Under the pieces are notes generated by a model. The model was not told the DNA's origin, did not search any database, and saw nothing but the letters and a program-made list of their open reading frames with translations. A DNA stretch of 64,000 bases from an uncultured bacterium. GTDB lineage: Bacteria > Krumholzibacteriota > Krumholzibacteriia > LZORAL124-64-63. Shown one piece after another: positions 9,789 to 19,944 of this stretch (positions within the stretch are counted from its first letter, which is position 1; the number at the start of each line of letters is the position of its first letter). The position numbers and the translations under genes were made by a program. The stretch is taken from contig CAVSZB010000002.1 in NCBI GenBank assembly GCA_963732385.1, positions 96,001 to 160,000 on the forward strand. The letters run 5' to 3'.

Positions 9789-11030
9789 ATGTCTACACTC
9801 ATCCGCCCGTTCCGGGCGCTGCGGCCAGTGCCGGAACAGGCTGCTGCCGTCGCCGCGCCGCCCTACGATGTACTCAACAGCGCCGAGGCGCGCACGCGCG
9901 CGGCCGGCCGGCCGTTCAGTTTCCTGCATATTTCGAAGCCCGAGATCGATTTGCCGGAAGACACCGATCCGTATGCCGCCGAGGTCTATGCCAAAGGTGC
10001 TGCAAACCTGCATGCACTCATCGAGGCCGGTGTACTGATCCGCGACCGCAAGCCCTGTTACTACATCTACCGGCTGCAGATGGGCGAGCACGTGCAGACC
10101 GGTATCGCCTGCGTGGGGAGCGTGGCCGAGTACGACCGCAACCGGATCCGCAAGCACGAGTTCACCCGCCCCGACAAGGAAGACGACCGCGTCCGCCAGA
10201 TCAGTGCGCTGAATGCGCAGACCGGGCCGGTACTGCTCGCCTATCGTGCCAACACCGCACTCGGCGCCATCATCAGCACCGCCACACAGGGCGCACCGTT
10301 TTGCGATGTGGTGGCAGATGATGGCGTGCGACACACGCTGTGGATCCTGGATGAAGAACTGCCGATCCGGCGCATCACGCAGATCGTGAATGCAATGGAA
10401 GCGCTGTATATCGCCGACGGCCATCACCGCTCGGCCTCGGCCTCACGCGTGGCCGCACAGCGCGCGGCCGCCAACCCCCGCCATGACGGCGATGAGGACT
10501 ACAACCATTTCCTGTGCGTGGCCTTTCCGCACGACGAGATGCGCATCCTCGACTACAACCGGCTGGTCAAGGATCTGCACGGCCAGGCTGCGAAGGATTT
10601 TCTCGCCCGCATCAGCAGGCAGTTCACGGTGACAGCCGTCGCGGGCCAGGCGCGGCCTGGCCGTGTCGGGCAATTCGGCCTGTACCTGGACAAGCGCTGG
10701 TACCAGCTCGACATCAAACCGGAACTGATTCCCGCCGACCCGGTGGCCAGCCTCGACGTCAGCCTGCTGCAGGAACATCTGCTGGCACCGGTGCTCGGCA
10801 TCGGCGACCCGCGGCGCGACAAACGCATCGACTTCGTCGGCGGCATCCGCGGGCTGTCAGAACTCGAGCGTCGGGTCGACAGCGGCGAGATGGCCGTGGC
10901 TTTTGCCCTGTTCCCCACCAGCCTCGAAGCGCTGATGGCGGTAGCCGATGCCAATCAGGTCATGCCGCCAAAATCGACCTGGTTCGAACCCAAGCTGGCC
11001 GACGGACTGCTGTCGCACCTGCTCGACTGA
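9789..11030 (+). CDS. DUF1015 family protein
   Basis: IRPFRALRP, APPYDV, IRKHEFTRPDKEDDR, YIADGHHRSA, MPPKSTWFEPKL. Confidence 0.9.
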   Translation: MSTLIRPFRALRPVPEQAAAVAAPPYDVLNSAEARTRAAGRPFSFLHISKPEIDLPEDTDPYAAEVYAKGAANLHALIEAGVLIRDRKPCYYIYRLQMGEHVQTGIACVGSVAEYDRNRIRKHEFTRPDKEDDRVRQISALNAQTGPVLLAYRANTALGAIISTATQGAPFCDVVADDGVRHTLWILDEELPIRRITQIVNAMEALYIADGHHRSASASRVAAQRAAANPRHDGDEDYNHFLCVAFPHDEMRILDYNRLVKDLHGQAAKDFLARISRQFTVTAVAGQARPGRVGQFGLYLDKRWYQLDIKPELIPADPVASLDVSLLQEHLLAPVLGIGDPRRDKRIDFVGGIRGLSELERRVDSGEMAVAFALFPTSLEALMAVADANQVMPPKSTWFEPKLADGLLSHLLD

Positions 11031-11040
11031 GCCACTCGCA

Positions 11041-12600
11041 CTACAGGTACTTTTCCAGCGGGAACAGGCGAAAGAAGCCCGACTTGAAACGCGTCCAGAA
11101 CCCGGTCATCGGCTCCCTGGTCACAACCACCGGCCCATCAGCGGTCTCGGTGTGCCATTCAATACCGCCGGATGAGCGAGGCAGGACCTGCCAGCTGCTG
11201 TCCGGCGCCATCAACTCCTCGATGGATTGGGCAATCCGTTCGGCCAGCACCGGACTGTCGATGATCAGTGCGGTTTCGGAATTCAGGTAGGTGGAGCGCA
11301 GATTGATGTTGAATGAGCCCACATAAACCGTGCGCCGGTCGACGACCAGCGACTTCGAATGCAGGGCGAATTCACGCTCGTCCGCGCAGCCCCCGGCAGT
11401 CACGACCAGCCGCTGGCAGGCTCTCGCATCCGGGCGCAACTCGAACACCTCCATGCCACTGTCGAGCATCTCCCGTCGATGCCGCGCATAGCCGGAGTGA
11501 TTGGTAACCAGATCATTCGAGGCCAGGGAATTGGTCAGCGCACGGATGCGGACGCCACGCGCCGTGAGCATGCCCGCCTCGGCAAAGGTCTGCTCATCGA
11601 GAATCAGATAGGCGGACTCGATCAGGATCTCGCGCTGCGCTGATGTGGCCAGCGCGCGCAAGGCCATGGCGACAGCCTGTGGCTGCGACGAATCGGCCAT
11701 GCCGTCCTGATCCGGCGGCAGATCGAAAACCAGTCGCACGGGGACCCAGAGCAGGCGGTCGGGCAACCCGGTGGCGTAGGTACCCGGATCTGCCCGGACT
11801 GCAGGCAGTTCATGACCAAGCGCACGCAGCTCATCCGCAGCGCCATCCAGTCGACCGAGCGCTGCCTTGAGTTGTTCCGGACTGAGTGGCGCGTCGATTG
11901 CCAGCGTGCTTGCCAGTTGTGTCCACCGGCTCGTCCAGAAGGCCTCGAAGCCGGCAGCCACCTCGGCAACCACCGGTCCTGCAGCCAGGATATCGCGGTC
12001 GCGGAAATTGCTGACCGGGTCGAGGTCAAAATATTCGTTGCCGATATTCCGGCCACCGACGATGGTGACGGCGCGGTCGACGGTAAACGACTTGTTGTGC
12101 ATGCGCCGGTTGAGCCGGCTGAACTCGCGGACAAAGCCGAACAGGCGCGCGACGCCGGAACGCGCTGCAGTCGGATTGTAGACACGGATCTCGACGCGCG
12201 GATGTGCGGCCAGGGCCACGAGTGCGGCATCGCGACCCGCGATATTGATGTCATCGAGCAGGATCCGTACCCGCACCCCGCGTTCGGCAGCCGCCAGCAG
12301 GCGCGCGGCCAGATAGCGTCCGGAGGCATCCGAATTCCAGATGTAGTACTGGGCGTCGATCGTGTGGGCTGCGGCTTCGATCAGGGCATCGCGTTCGTCC
12401 AGGGCCGCAGCTGCCCGTATCCACCAGCAGCACACCAGAGGTGCCGGGATGCCCGGCAGAAGCTGCCTTGACTGCCCGGCCGAGCGGGACTCTCGTCAGC
12501 CAGGGCGGATGCCGACAGGCCGATCTGCAACACGAGCACGATCAGCGGGAGGCAGAAAACATTCCTGCCTGGCCATCGGACGGCAAATCCGCCTGTCCAT
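11041..12600 (-). CDS. Phospholipase D family protein (ClsC/YmdC-like); N-terminus frameshifted, start uncertain
   Basis: Two HKD motifs (RMHNKSFTVD, LHSKSLVVD), GGRNIGNEYF, TNSLASND; signal-like segment in another frame at about 12500-12560. Confidence 0.85.
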
Positions 12601-12656
12601 ATGCCGCGAAGATGGTTTAAAGTCATGCTATCAATCGACATCGGGAGATGTTCACC

Positions 12657-12770
12657 ATGTCCAAATCCGGCAACATAGGCCGCTATATCGAAATCGGCAT
12701 CATCGCGATACTGGCGGTGGCGGCTCTGGCCGGCATCATCCGCTTCATCATTCTCGCCGAGATCTTCTGA
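12657..12770 (+). CDS. Small single-TM protein, 37 aa (MSKSGNIGRYIEIGIIAILAVAALAGIIRFIILAEIF)
   Basis: Read by hand: GGGAG RBS, ATG 12657, TGA 12768-12770, GC3-rich codons; fills an intergenic gap. Confidence 0.55.
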   Translation: MSKSGNIGRYIEIGIIAILAVAALAGIIRFIILAEIF

Positions 12771-12777
12771 GCCGTCA

Positions 12778-13271
12778 TTACAACACGAACGGCGCGTTGG
12801 GCAATTCGTTGCGGTCACCGGACCGGGCCGGGAAGTTCGCCACTGCCAGATCGCTGAGTCGCCCGATGGCCCGCACTGTCCCAGGGCCATAGTCGCGTTG
12901 CGGAATGCCGTCGACATCTCGCTGCAGATATCCGCCCATACCGGTTCGGCAAGCCGATCGCTGAAGCCGCGGTCGGCAACGATCTCGATGTCGCGTTCGG
13001 CCAGCAACACATAGACGAGTATCCCGTTGCGAGCGGCCGTATCGGCCATACCCAGCCGGGACCAGATTTCCTGCGCCCGCTCCCGGCAACTGACGCCCCG
13101 CCACAGATGGCCAACCGGCAGCGCGGTCTCAACTGCAAAGCGGATCTCTGCCTGATGCTGCTGCTCGGATGCAGTGATCGCCGCATCGATGCCAGCCAGC
13201 ACCCCGGGCGGGAAGCAGCGCCGCAGCGTGAAATGCGTGGTGCCGAGATGCCTGAGCCAGCGTCTGATCAT
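12778..13271 (-). CDS. TPM-domain protein (short type), frameshifted near 12900
   Basis: MIRRWLRHL, AITASEQQHQAEIRFAVE, RNGILVYVLLAERDIEIVADRG; C-terminus DRNELPNAP in another frame. Confidence 0.85.
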
Positions 13272-13284
13272 CAGCGATATCCCG

Positions 13285-14143
13285 TTACCAGCGACCGGAG
13301 GCACCACCGCCCCCGAATCCACCGCCACCCCCGCTGAAACCCCCGCCGCGACCGCCGAAGCTGCCACCGCCGAAACCACCGCGCGAATGACTTGCCCAGC
13401 GTCCGGCCCGGCCCGCCGGCATCAGGCTGAGCACGAAGCCGATCACCGCCATCAGCAGGGCCAGGCCGAGTGCACCGGCCAGCAACCAGCTGAGCCCGCC
13501 GACCAGCAGTCCGGTAACTGCGGCACCCGGCAACTGGCCGAGTACCCGGCGCAGGACTGCGCCCACCACGATGCTGACGAACAGCACGATCGGCAGGAGG
13601 CTCCCGAAACTGTCCTGTGCCGATGCGCGGACGAACAGGCTCCGGCAAGCGCTTCACCATCGACCAGACCGATCAGCCGGTCGACACCCGCGACGATACC
13701 GCCGGCGAAATCGCCAGCCCGAAACTGCGGCAGGATGAATTCATCGATGATCCGGTTGGCGGTGGCATCGGGAATGGCACCTTCCAGCCCGTAGCCCACC
13801 TCGATGCGCACCGCGCGATCGTCGCGGGCAACGATGAGCAGCACGCCATCATCGACGCCCTTGCGGCCCGGCCGCCAGGCCTCGACGACCCGCAGCGAGT
13901 ATTGCTCGATGGCTTCCGGCCGCGTGGTCGCGCACCAGCAGCACGACGATCTGGCTGCCCTTGCGGGCCTCGAGGTCGGCGAGTTTTGCTTCCAGCGCGG
14001 ACTGCTGTGGCGCGGACAGCAGGCCGATGGTGTCAACGACGCGCCCGCTGAGCGCGGGCACCGGCAGAACCGCAGCGACGGCAGTCTGCACTGCCGCATG
14101 CCAGCACCGCCAGCATCAGTCCGGCACGCAGGACACCGTGCAT
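13285..14143 (-). CDS. TPM-domain membrane protein (YgcG-like) with Gly-rich tail; several frameshifts
   Basis: VPALSGRVVD, GRKGVDDGVLLIVA, IEVGYGLEGAIPD, FSGGGGGFGGGGASGRW spread over three frames. Confidence 0.85.
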
Positions 14144-14165
14144 CGCGGTCAGGACCGGCTGATCG

Positions 14166-14765
14166 TCAGTCCGGCTTGCCAAAGTTCACTTCGGGCGGCT
14201 TGCTGATCTCCGCCTCGTTGGCCACCGTGAAGCTGGGCTTGATCTTGTGACCAAACAGCATGGCAGTCAGGTTGCTCGGGAAGGAGCGCACCAGCGTGTT
14301 GTACTCGCGCGTGGCCTCGATGAAGCGGTTGCGGGCCACCGTGATGCGGTTTTCCGTACCCTCGAGCTGCGCCTGCAGGTCGCGGAAATTCTGGTCGGAC
14401 TTCAGTTCCGGATAGCGCTCCACCACCACCAGCAGGCGCGACAGGGCACTGCTCAGCTCACCCTGCGCGGCCTGGAAATTCTCGAAAGCCTGCGGGTCGT
14501 TGAGCGTTTCCGGCGTGGCCTGAACGGCACCCACGCGCGAGCGTGCCTCGGTCACCTGGATCAGCACCTCGCGTTCCTGCTGGGCAAATCCCTGCACGGT
14601 ACGCACCAGATTCGGGATCAGGTCGGAACGCCGCTGATACTGGTTCAGCACCTCGGCCCATGCCGCCTTGACGCCCTCATCACCGCTCTGGATCGCGTTA
14701 TAGCCGCAACCGGACAACAGCAGCACGCTCAGGGAAGCCGCAAGGGCCAGCAGCACTCTCTTCAT
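14166..14765 (-). CDS. lemA: LemA family lipoprotein
   Basis: LSGCGYN, QYQRRSDLIPNLV, YPELKSDQNFRDLQAQLEGTENRI; standard lemA-TPM-TPM operon. Confidence 0.95.
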   Translation of the reverse strand: MKRVLLALAASLSVLLLSGCGYNAIQSGDEGVKAAWAEVLNQYQRRSDLIPNLVRTVQGFAQQEREVLIQVTEARSRVGAVQATPETLNDPQAFENFQAAQGELSSALSRLLVVVERYPELKSDQNFRDLQAQLEGTENRITVARNRFIEATREYNTLVRSFPSNLTAMLFGHKIKPSFTVANEAEISKPPEVNFGKPD

Positions 14766-14855
14766 GACATCCATCCTCTGCGAGGTGAGTGAAACCGGAA
14801 AGCGGAATGATTATATGCTTGCCCCGCACCAGAACCGGCTGAAGGAGTGCTGCCC

Positions 14856-15287
14856 ATGCTGCAAGGCTTCCACCACGCTGCGATTTCCACCCCCGACCTG
14901 GAACGTGCGCTGCGCTTCTACAAGGGACTGCTCGGTTGTGAAACGGTGCGCGAGTTCGGCTGGCCCGCCGGCATCGCCGCCGCCGACGCGCTCACCGGCC
15001 TCAAGGATTCTGCCGCCCGCGCGGTACTGCTGAAGCTCGGCGACAGTTTCCTGGAGATCTTCGAGTTCAGCTCGCCAAAACCGCAGCCCGGCGACCCCGA
15101 CCGGCCGGCCTGCGATCACGGCATCACGCACATCTGCCTGGCGGTAAAAGACTGTCAGTACGAGTACCAGCGACTGCAGGCCGCCGGCATGCGCTTTCAC
15201 GCCCCGCCACAGGCCCAGGACGGCGGCTTCGTCTGCTACGGACGCGACCCCGACGGCAACATCATCGAGTTGCTGGAGCTGGTGTGA
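14856..15287 (+). CDS. VOC/glyoxalase family protein
   Basis: FHHAAISTPDLERALRFY, LEIFEF, GITHICLAV, YGRDPDGNIIELLE; AAGGAG RBS. Confidence 0.9.
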   Translation: MLQGFHHAAISTPDLERALRFYKGLLGCETVREFGWPAGIAAADALTGLKDSAARAVLLKLGDSFLEIFEFSSPKPQPGDPDRPACDHGITHICLAVKDCQYEYQRLQAAGMRFHAPPQAQDGGFVCYGRDPDGNIIELLELV

Positions 15288-15489
15288 CTTGCTGCAAATC
15301 AGTCGTAACTTGCTGTTTGCTTTTGGAGTCCAGCTCAGGACGCAAATTGCATTATGACAAGTGATGGAGAGCCGATGACTGTGAAAAAGAACACTTTGCT
15401 TTTCCATGTAGACATGGTCTAGTCTGGACTTGAACCAATACAAAGCCGGGACCCGTCCTCGACGGCGTATCCGGAAAGCAGCAACGAAC

Positions 15490-16147
15490 ATGTGGGGAAC
15501 AAGCGTGAGAAGTATCAGGTTGCCGATGGCTGCGCTTGTCGCGATATCCATGTTCCATGTCGGTAGCGCCCAGGCGATGCCGGTGAGTTATTCAACCACC
15601 TACAATGGTTCCATCAATGTGACTACCGGTGCGGGTGCCAACACCGCCCTGCCGGTACCGGGTTCGGATTTCTACGGCAATACCTTTACCGCACCCACAC
15701 TGAATTTCACTGCCCCGGCGGCAGCGACCGGTTTCGGTTTCTACGACGATTTCATCTTCACGATTCCGGTGGGTGCCGGAACAAATTCCGTAACCTCGTC
15801 CATCAGCATCCCCGGGTCGCTTGCAGATCAGTGGCCTGCAGTCGCGGTTGTTTGCGTTGCCCCTGGGTTATACGGGCGGCGCGCTGGGCACTTGTCCCGG
15901 CGGTTGCCTGGCGGTCTGGGGTGCAGAGGTACTCGCAGCCAATGTCACTTACACGGTGCTGAATCCAACCCTGCTTGGGCCCGGCAGCTATGTCCTGCAG
16001 ATCCGCGGTGATGCCACGGGCGCCTTCGGTGGCAGCTACTCCGGTGTGCTCAACCTGACCGCCATTCCCGTGCCGGCTGCCGTCTGGTTGTTTGGCAGTG
16101 CCCTGGGTGGTCTCGGTTTACTGAAGCGCCGGCGTGTTGCCGACTGA
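15490..16147 (+). CDS. Secreted FxDxF-type protein with VPLPA-CTERM (PEP-CTERM class) sorting signal; frameshift near 15820
   Basis: Signal peptide ending AQA, FYDDFIF motif, C-terminus IPVPAAVWLFGSALGGLGLLKRRR. Confidence 0.85.
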
Positions 16148-16173
16148 CCTCTGCTCGAGTCGCACCGCTCGAG

Positions 16174-16204
16174 AAAAGCCCCCGCTTGCCGGGGGCTTTT
16201 TTTT
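16174..16204. terminator. Bidirectional rho-independent terminator
   Basis: AAAAGCCCCCG-cttgc-CGGGGGCTTTT-TTTT between convergent genes. Confidence 0.9.
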
Positions 16205-16208
16205 GGAA

Positions 16209-16955
16209 TCAGATCCCGCCTGCAGAGCAGGCGCCTGTACCGCGTCGCCTTGCGCCCATCAGCGCCACGACTGCAGAACCCATCAACCACGCTGCTGCCG
16301 GTACAGGAACGACGGCGACGTTGGTACTGACCGCCAGCCATTCACTGCTGCCGTAACTGAGGATGGTCGCATCGCCCCAGAATGCACTGCGGGTACCACC
16401 GTTGTAGAACACGCTGGATGCGGCGAGCAACTCGACACCATCCTGGTAGGCCCTGACCTGGTCACCATCTGCCTGTCCGTCAACCTCGAGCCGGTAGGTG
16501 TGAAACATGTCATCGGTATCAACCGTGGCAGATGCGGAGATGCTGTTGTTGCCATTGCGGATCCAGATCGAATCGCTGGCAATCTCCAGCGTGGCGAAAT
16601 TGCCGTTGTCGAAGCCGATGCCAACCACAACCGGCGCACGCCACCAGCCAGCGGCGCTTGCGCCGTAGCCGAGCTTCAGCGTCGCCTCGATCCAGTAGCT
16701 GCCGCTGGCGGGAAATGCCACGCCTGCATCACTGATGCCGTAGTACATCTGGCGGCTGTAGTCTGCCTCGGTGGTCAGCGTCAGGACGCCTGCGCTCAGC
16801 ACGGGATCATGAACGGTACTGCCGTCACTGAGTGCCCAGGGGCCCGCCTGATCAGGCAACAGGCCACCGGCCGCATTCCAGCTGATGACGGCAGCAGCAG
16901 CCGGGTTGGCAAGCAGCGCTGCATGGAGCAGCAGCGCAATTCGAATGCATTTCAT
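16209..16955 (-). CDS. Secreted VPLPA-CTERM protein, probable beta-sandwich domain
   Basis: Signal peptide; DDMFHTYRLEV; C-terminus VPVPAAAWLMGSAVVALMGARRR. Confidence 0.8.
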   Translation of the reverse strand: MKCIRIALLLHAALLANPAAAAVISWNAAGGLLPDQAGPWALSDGSTVHDPVLSAGVLTLTTEADYSRQMYYGISDAGVAFPASGSYWIEATLKLGYGASAAGWWRAPVVVGIGFDNGNFATLEIASDSIWIRNGNNSISASATVDTDDMFHTYRLEVDGQADGDQVRAYQDGVELLAASSVFYNGGTRSAFWGDATILSYGSSEWLAVSTNVAVVPVPAAAWLMGSAVVALMGARRRGTGACSAGGI

Positions 16956-16990
16956 CGCGATAATTCCGGAAAATGAGGAATGGTGCCGGG

Positions 16991-17017
16991 TTTGGCTTAT
17001 TTGGCTTATTTGGCTTG
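16991..17017. repeat. 9-bp tandem repeat (TTTGGCTTA x ~3) spanning the stop codon of the DUF1566 gene
   Basis: tttggctta tttggctta tttggcttg read directly. Confidence 0.8.
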
Positions 17018-17686
17018 TTTGCGACGAACCAGCCCCATCAACCCCAGCGCCGACCCGAGCAACCAGCCCGCAGCCGGCACCGGCACGGTGGTGGCACCGA
17101 TATCGCCCGGATGAACGGCCATGGCCCGGATGGCGCCGGCCTTGTTGTTGACGTACTGATTGCCGCCACCGAAGTAGAACTGCCAGGCGTAGGTGCTGAG
17201 GGTGGCGACCGAGGTGGAAGACCAGTACTGATTGGACGTCAGGTTGGTGAACAGGCTGTAGTTGGCGTTGTGGAAGTCTTCGATGTTGGTGCCATTGCCG
17301 GCCACACCACCGAGTTCGTTGTAGAAGAGATGGCCCATCTCGCTGCCCGTGCAGTTCCAGCCACCGTTGCCGAACGAATACTGGTTGGCACAGCTGCTGT
17401 CCGGTTGCAGGGTGGTCGGCAGACGCCAGTCGCTGAAGCCGCCGTAGGTGAGTTGATCCGCCCAGGCCATGGCATAGGCGTGAGTCATCAGGCCATCCGT
17501 TGCGTCCTGGGTGTCATAGCCGCTGGTATAGGCGTAGTTGGCATCGGCCAGCCAGGTGATGTTCAGATCGGTGTCGTAGATCAGTCCGCCACCACGGTCG
17601 ACAAGTGCGGCATTGGCAATGCCAGGCAGGGCAAAAAAAACGCAAATCATGACGGCGGTCGACAGACCGCCTGGATGGCGACGCAT
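17006..17686 (-). CDS. DUF1566 (Lcl-type) domain protein with VPLPA-CTERM
   Basis: ALVDRGGGLIYDTDLNITWLADAN, GFSDWRLPT, SEMGHLFY, YWSST; C-terminus VPVPAAGWLLGSALGLMGLVRRK. Confidence 0.85.
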   Translation of the reverse strand: MRRHPGGLSTAVMICVFFALPGIANAALVDRGGGLIYDTDLNITWLADANYAYTSGYDTQDATDGLMTHAYAMAWADQLTYGGFSDWRLPTTLQPDSSCANQYSFGNGGWNCTGSEMGHLFYNELGGVAGNGTNIEDFHNANYSLFTNLTSNQYWSSTSVATLSTYAWQFYFGGGNQYVNNKAGAIRAMAVHPGDIGATTVPVPAAGWLLGSALGLMGLVRRKQAK

Positions 17687-17805
17687 CGGAGTTCTCCACG
17701 GCTGGCTGGGTTACGGTGCAGGCAGCGGCAGGATACCGCAGGCGCGCCAGTGCCATGAATGGATGCTGACATAATCCCCGCGGAAGCGGCAGATCCTGCC
17801 AGTCT

Positions 17806-18240
17806 TCAACGACGCTCCCAGAACCTCTGCATCTCGATGTACATGAATGACGCCGTCCAGGTAATCAGCACCAGACCGGTCAGTGTTTCCAGACCGGCAA
17901 GAAAACGCAGATTACCGATGGGAACAATGTCGCCTATGCCCAGCGACGTGTACGTCACGAACGAGAAATACACCGAGTCCAGCAGCGAGTGCTGGTAGTT
18001 GCCCACCAGGTTGCCGAATGCCGGGTTCATCACCAGAAAATAAAAACCGGCACCAAATACCCAGATCTCGATCACATGGGCAGTGAGCGCCCCAAGCAAC
18101 CCCATGACAACCTTCATGCGGTGCTGTATCGGCCATCTGGGAATGAGCACCGACAGCACACGCAGAATTTCATAGTGGATCACCACTGCGACGGCGATCA
18201 GTGCGCCGTTGATGATCCAGGCCTGGAGAATGATTGGCAT
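17806..18240 (-). CDS. Small ion-channel (Ion_trans_2 / K-channel-like) protein
   Basis: AHVIEIWVFG, DSVYFSFVTYTSLGIGDIVP, LAGLETLTGLVLITWTASF. Confidence 0.85.
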   Translation of the reverse strand: MPIILQAWIINGALIAVAVVIHYEILRVLSVLIPRWPIQHRMKVVMGLLGALTAHVIEIWVFGAGFYFLVMNPAFGNLVGNYQHSLLDSVYFSFVTYTSLGIGDIVPIGNLRFLAGLETLTGLVLITWTASFMYIEMQRFWERR

Positions 18241-18307
18241 GGTTGATCCGGGATCAGCCCTGCGTCTGGTTGACAGTCATCGAGCCATTCACCTTCGTTG
18301 CCACCGC

Positions 18308-18757
18308 TCAGCCTTTTCGGCCAACTCGTGCAATTTTACGGCCGGCAGGACGGTCGGATCGGGCTCCGGCGATCCGCGCCAGTGCTGCCTCGGCAATAAA
18401 GCCGGAGCGGCTCGTATTCTCCGCAGCTGCCGCACGATCGATCTGGGTGAGCAAGCGCTCCGGCAACGTAATGTTTACACGCCTTGCGCCGCTCATCAGC
18501 CGCGATGGGTTGATTTCGACCATGAACCAGATGCCACCGCGATACTCGCGCCTGCGTTGGAACGCTTCGACCGGCAGCATTTCAGGTAACAATTCCCCAT
18601 CTTCCAACATGCCTTCGAGGTGAAGTTCGATGGCTTGGCGGGCATGGATCAGCGCCTCGTCGATGGATTCACCAGCTGAAAAGCAACCAGGCAGTGCAGG
18701 AACCGTCACCCCATAATCGGATATCCGGTCTTTGTGAATGACGACGGGGACAAGCAT
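18308..18757 (-). CDS. hicB: HicB antitoxin (RNase H-like fold + RHH)
   Basis: YGVTVPALPGCFSAGESIDEAL, RVNITLPERLLTQID, SRSGFIAEAA. Confidence 0.92.
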   Translation of the reverse strand: MLVPVVIHKDRISDYGVTVPALPGCFSAGESIDEALIHARQAIELHLEGMLEDGELLPEMLPVEAFQRRREYRGGIWFMVEINPSRLMSGARRVNITLPERLLTQIDRAAAAENTSRSGFIAEAALARIAGARSDRPAGRKIARVGRKG

Positions 18758-18758
18758 G

Positions 18759-18965
18759 TCAATCTTCTCTCATTCTGGCGTTGGGCCAGATCCAGCCCGC
18801 CTGCCGGAAAATGCTCCGCAACGTACCGATCGGCAAATCCTTGACTGGATGCGGCACAGTGACGCGGCGCGCCCCAAGCATGTATTGCCTATGGCTTCCC
18901 TTGGTGCGGACCAGCCGCCAGCCCTCGCGTTCCAGTCTGCGGATGCAGCCTGCCGAACCAGTCAT
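18759..18965 (-). CDS. hicA: HicA toxin (mRNA interferase)
   Basis: LEREGWRLVRTKGSHRQY...VTVPHPVKDLPIGTLRSIFRQAG, 68 aa, directly upstream of hicB. Confidence 0.9.
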   Translation of the reverse strand: MTGSAGCIRRLEREGWRLVRTKGSHRQYMLGARRVTVPHPVKDLPIGTLRSIFRQAGWIWPNARMRED

Positions 18966-18972
18966 GGATGAT

Positions 18973-18990
18973 ATACACACCAATACACAC
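18973..18990 (-). promoter_or_regulatory. Probable hicAB promoter/operator: GTGTGTAT direct repeat at 10-bp spacing
   Basis: atacacac at 18973-18980 and 18983-18990, 7 nt from the hicA ATG; no Shine-Dalgarno. Confidence 0.45.
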
Positions 18991-19149
18991 GCTACAAGCG
19001 CGCCATCGTGTGAGCGTGAACTCGCGTGTTGCAGATTGCCTGCTGCAAATCGGCCGCGTTTGATAAGAAACGGGACCGCACGGCCAGCCAACTTGGCAGA
19101 CCCGGTCTGACCAATACTTAAACAATCAAATGCCCCGGCACCGAGGCTC

Positions 19150-19914
19150 TCACCACGGCAGTGACGATCCGTCGTAATTGAGGAATTGCCCGGCGTCGGT
19201 GGCATCCAGCCTGTCGATCACGCCGATCATGCCCTGCACGGCGACTTCGGCCGTAATGAGCTGGATGACCCCGGCACGCACCAGCGCGACGATCGGTGCC
19301 ATGTCCTCGGGAGGCGGTTCGTCAGGGCGCAGCCTGAGCAAGCCGCGCGTGTCGGCGAGCCCCGGATTGACCAGGCCGACAACGATGCCGCGGGGTGCCA
19401 GTTCGAGCGCAAGCCCGCGCGCCAGCAGGTGGGCGGCTGCCTTGCTGGCCCGGTAGGCGTAGAGATTCATCGGCGGACGCAACAGGGCGATCGCACCTGC
19501 GGCACTGCCAAGGAACACGATCTTTTTCAGGGCGCTGCGCGCCACGTGCCCGACGAAAGCCTCGGCAACGCGCAGCGGACCCGTGGCATTGGCGGCGAAC
19601 GAGTCGGCAAAGAGCGCGCTGTCGAGGCCGCCGAAGCGCTGGCCCGTCTGCGGCCCGAGGAATGCGGAATTGAGCAGCAGCAGGTCGATCGGCGTGGCCT
19701 CGAGTCGTGCTGCGAGGTCGACACCCTGGCTTTGCACCGTGACATCGAGTGCCTCGATGACGACCGCTGGCGCCTGCGCCGCCAACTCGCGCAACTGTGC
19801 AGCCTCACCGGGCTGCCGACAGGTCGCAATGACCCGCCACCCGGCAGCCGCGTACTGACGGGCAAACTCCAGACCCAGGCCACGGTTGGCCCCGGTGATC
19901 AGCACTGTCGGCAT
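19150..19914 (-). CDS. Short-chain dehydrogenase/reductase (C-factor-like)
   Basis: VLITGANRGLGLE, YAYRASKAA, GQFLNYDGSSLPW. Confidence 0.9.
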   Translation of the reverse strand: MPTVLITGANRGLGLEFARQYAAAGWRVIATCRQPGEAAQLRELAAQAPAVVIEALDVTVQSQGVDLAARLEATPIDLLLLNSAFLGPQTGQRFGGLDSALFADSFAANATGPLRVAEAFVGHVARSALKKIVFLGSAAGAIALLRPPMNLYAYRASKAAAHLLARGLALELAPRGIVVGLVNPGLADTRGLLRLRPDEPPPEDMAPIVALVRAGVIQLITAEVAVQGMIGVIDRLDATDAGQFLNYDGSSLPW

Positions 19915-19944
19915 CGATGCGCTTCCTCTTGCGTGTCCTGTTGT

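Noticed and set aside
17741..17755. Sigma-54 promoter upstream of the DUF1566 VPLPA gene (minus-strand TGGCAC...)
   Set aside because: GG-to-GC spacing is 9 or 11+ rather than the required 10, and there is no TTGC element.
15290..19140. Prophage or integrative element around hicAB
   Set aside because: No integrase, transposase, tRNA target, att repeats or phage genes were seen.
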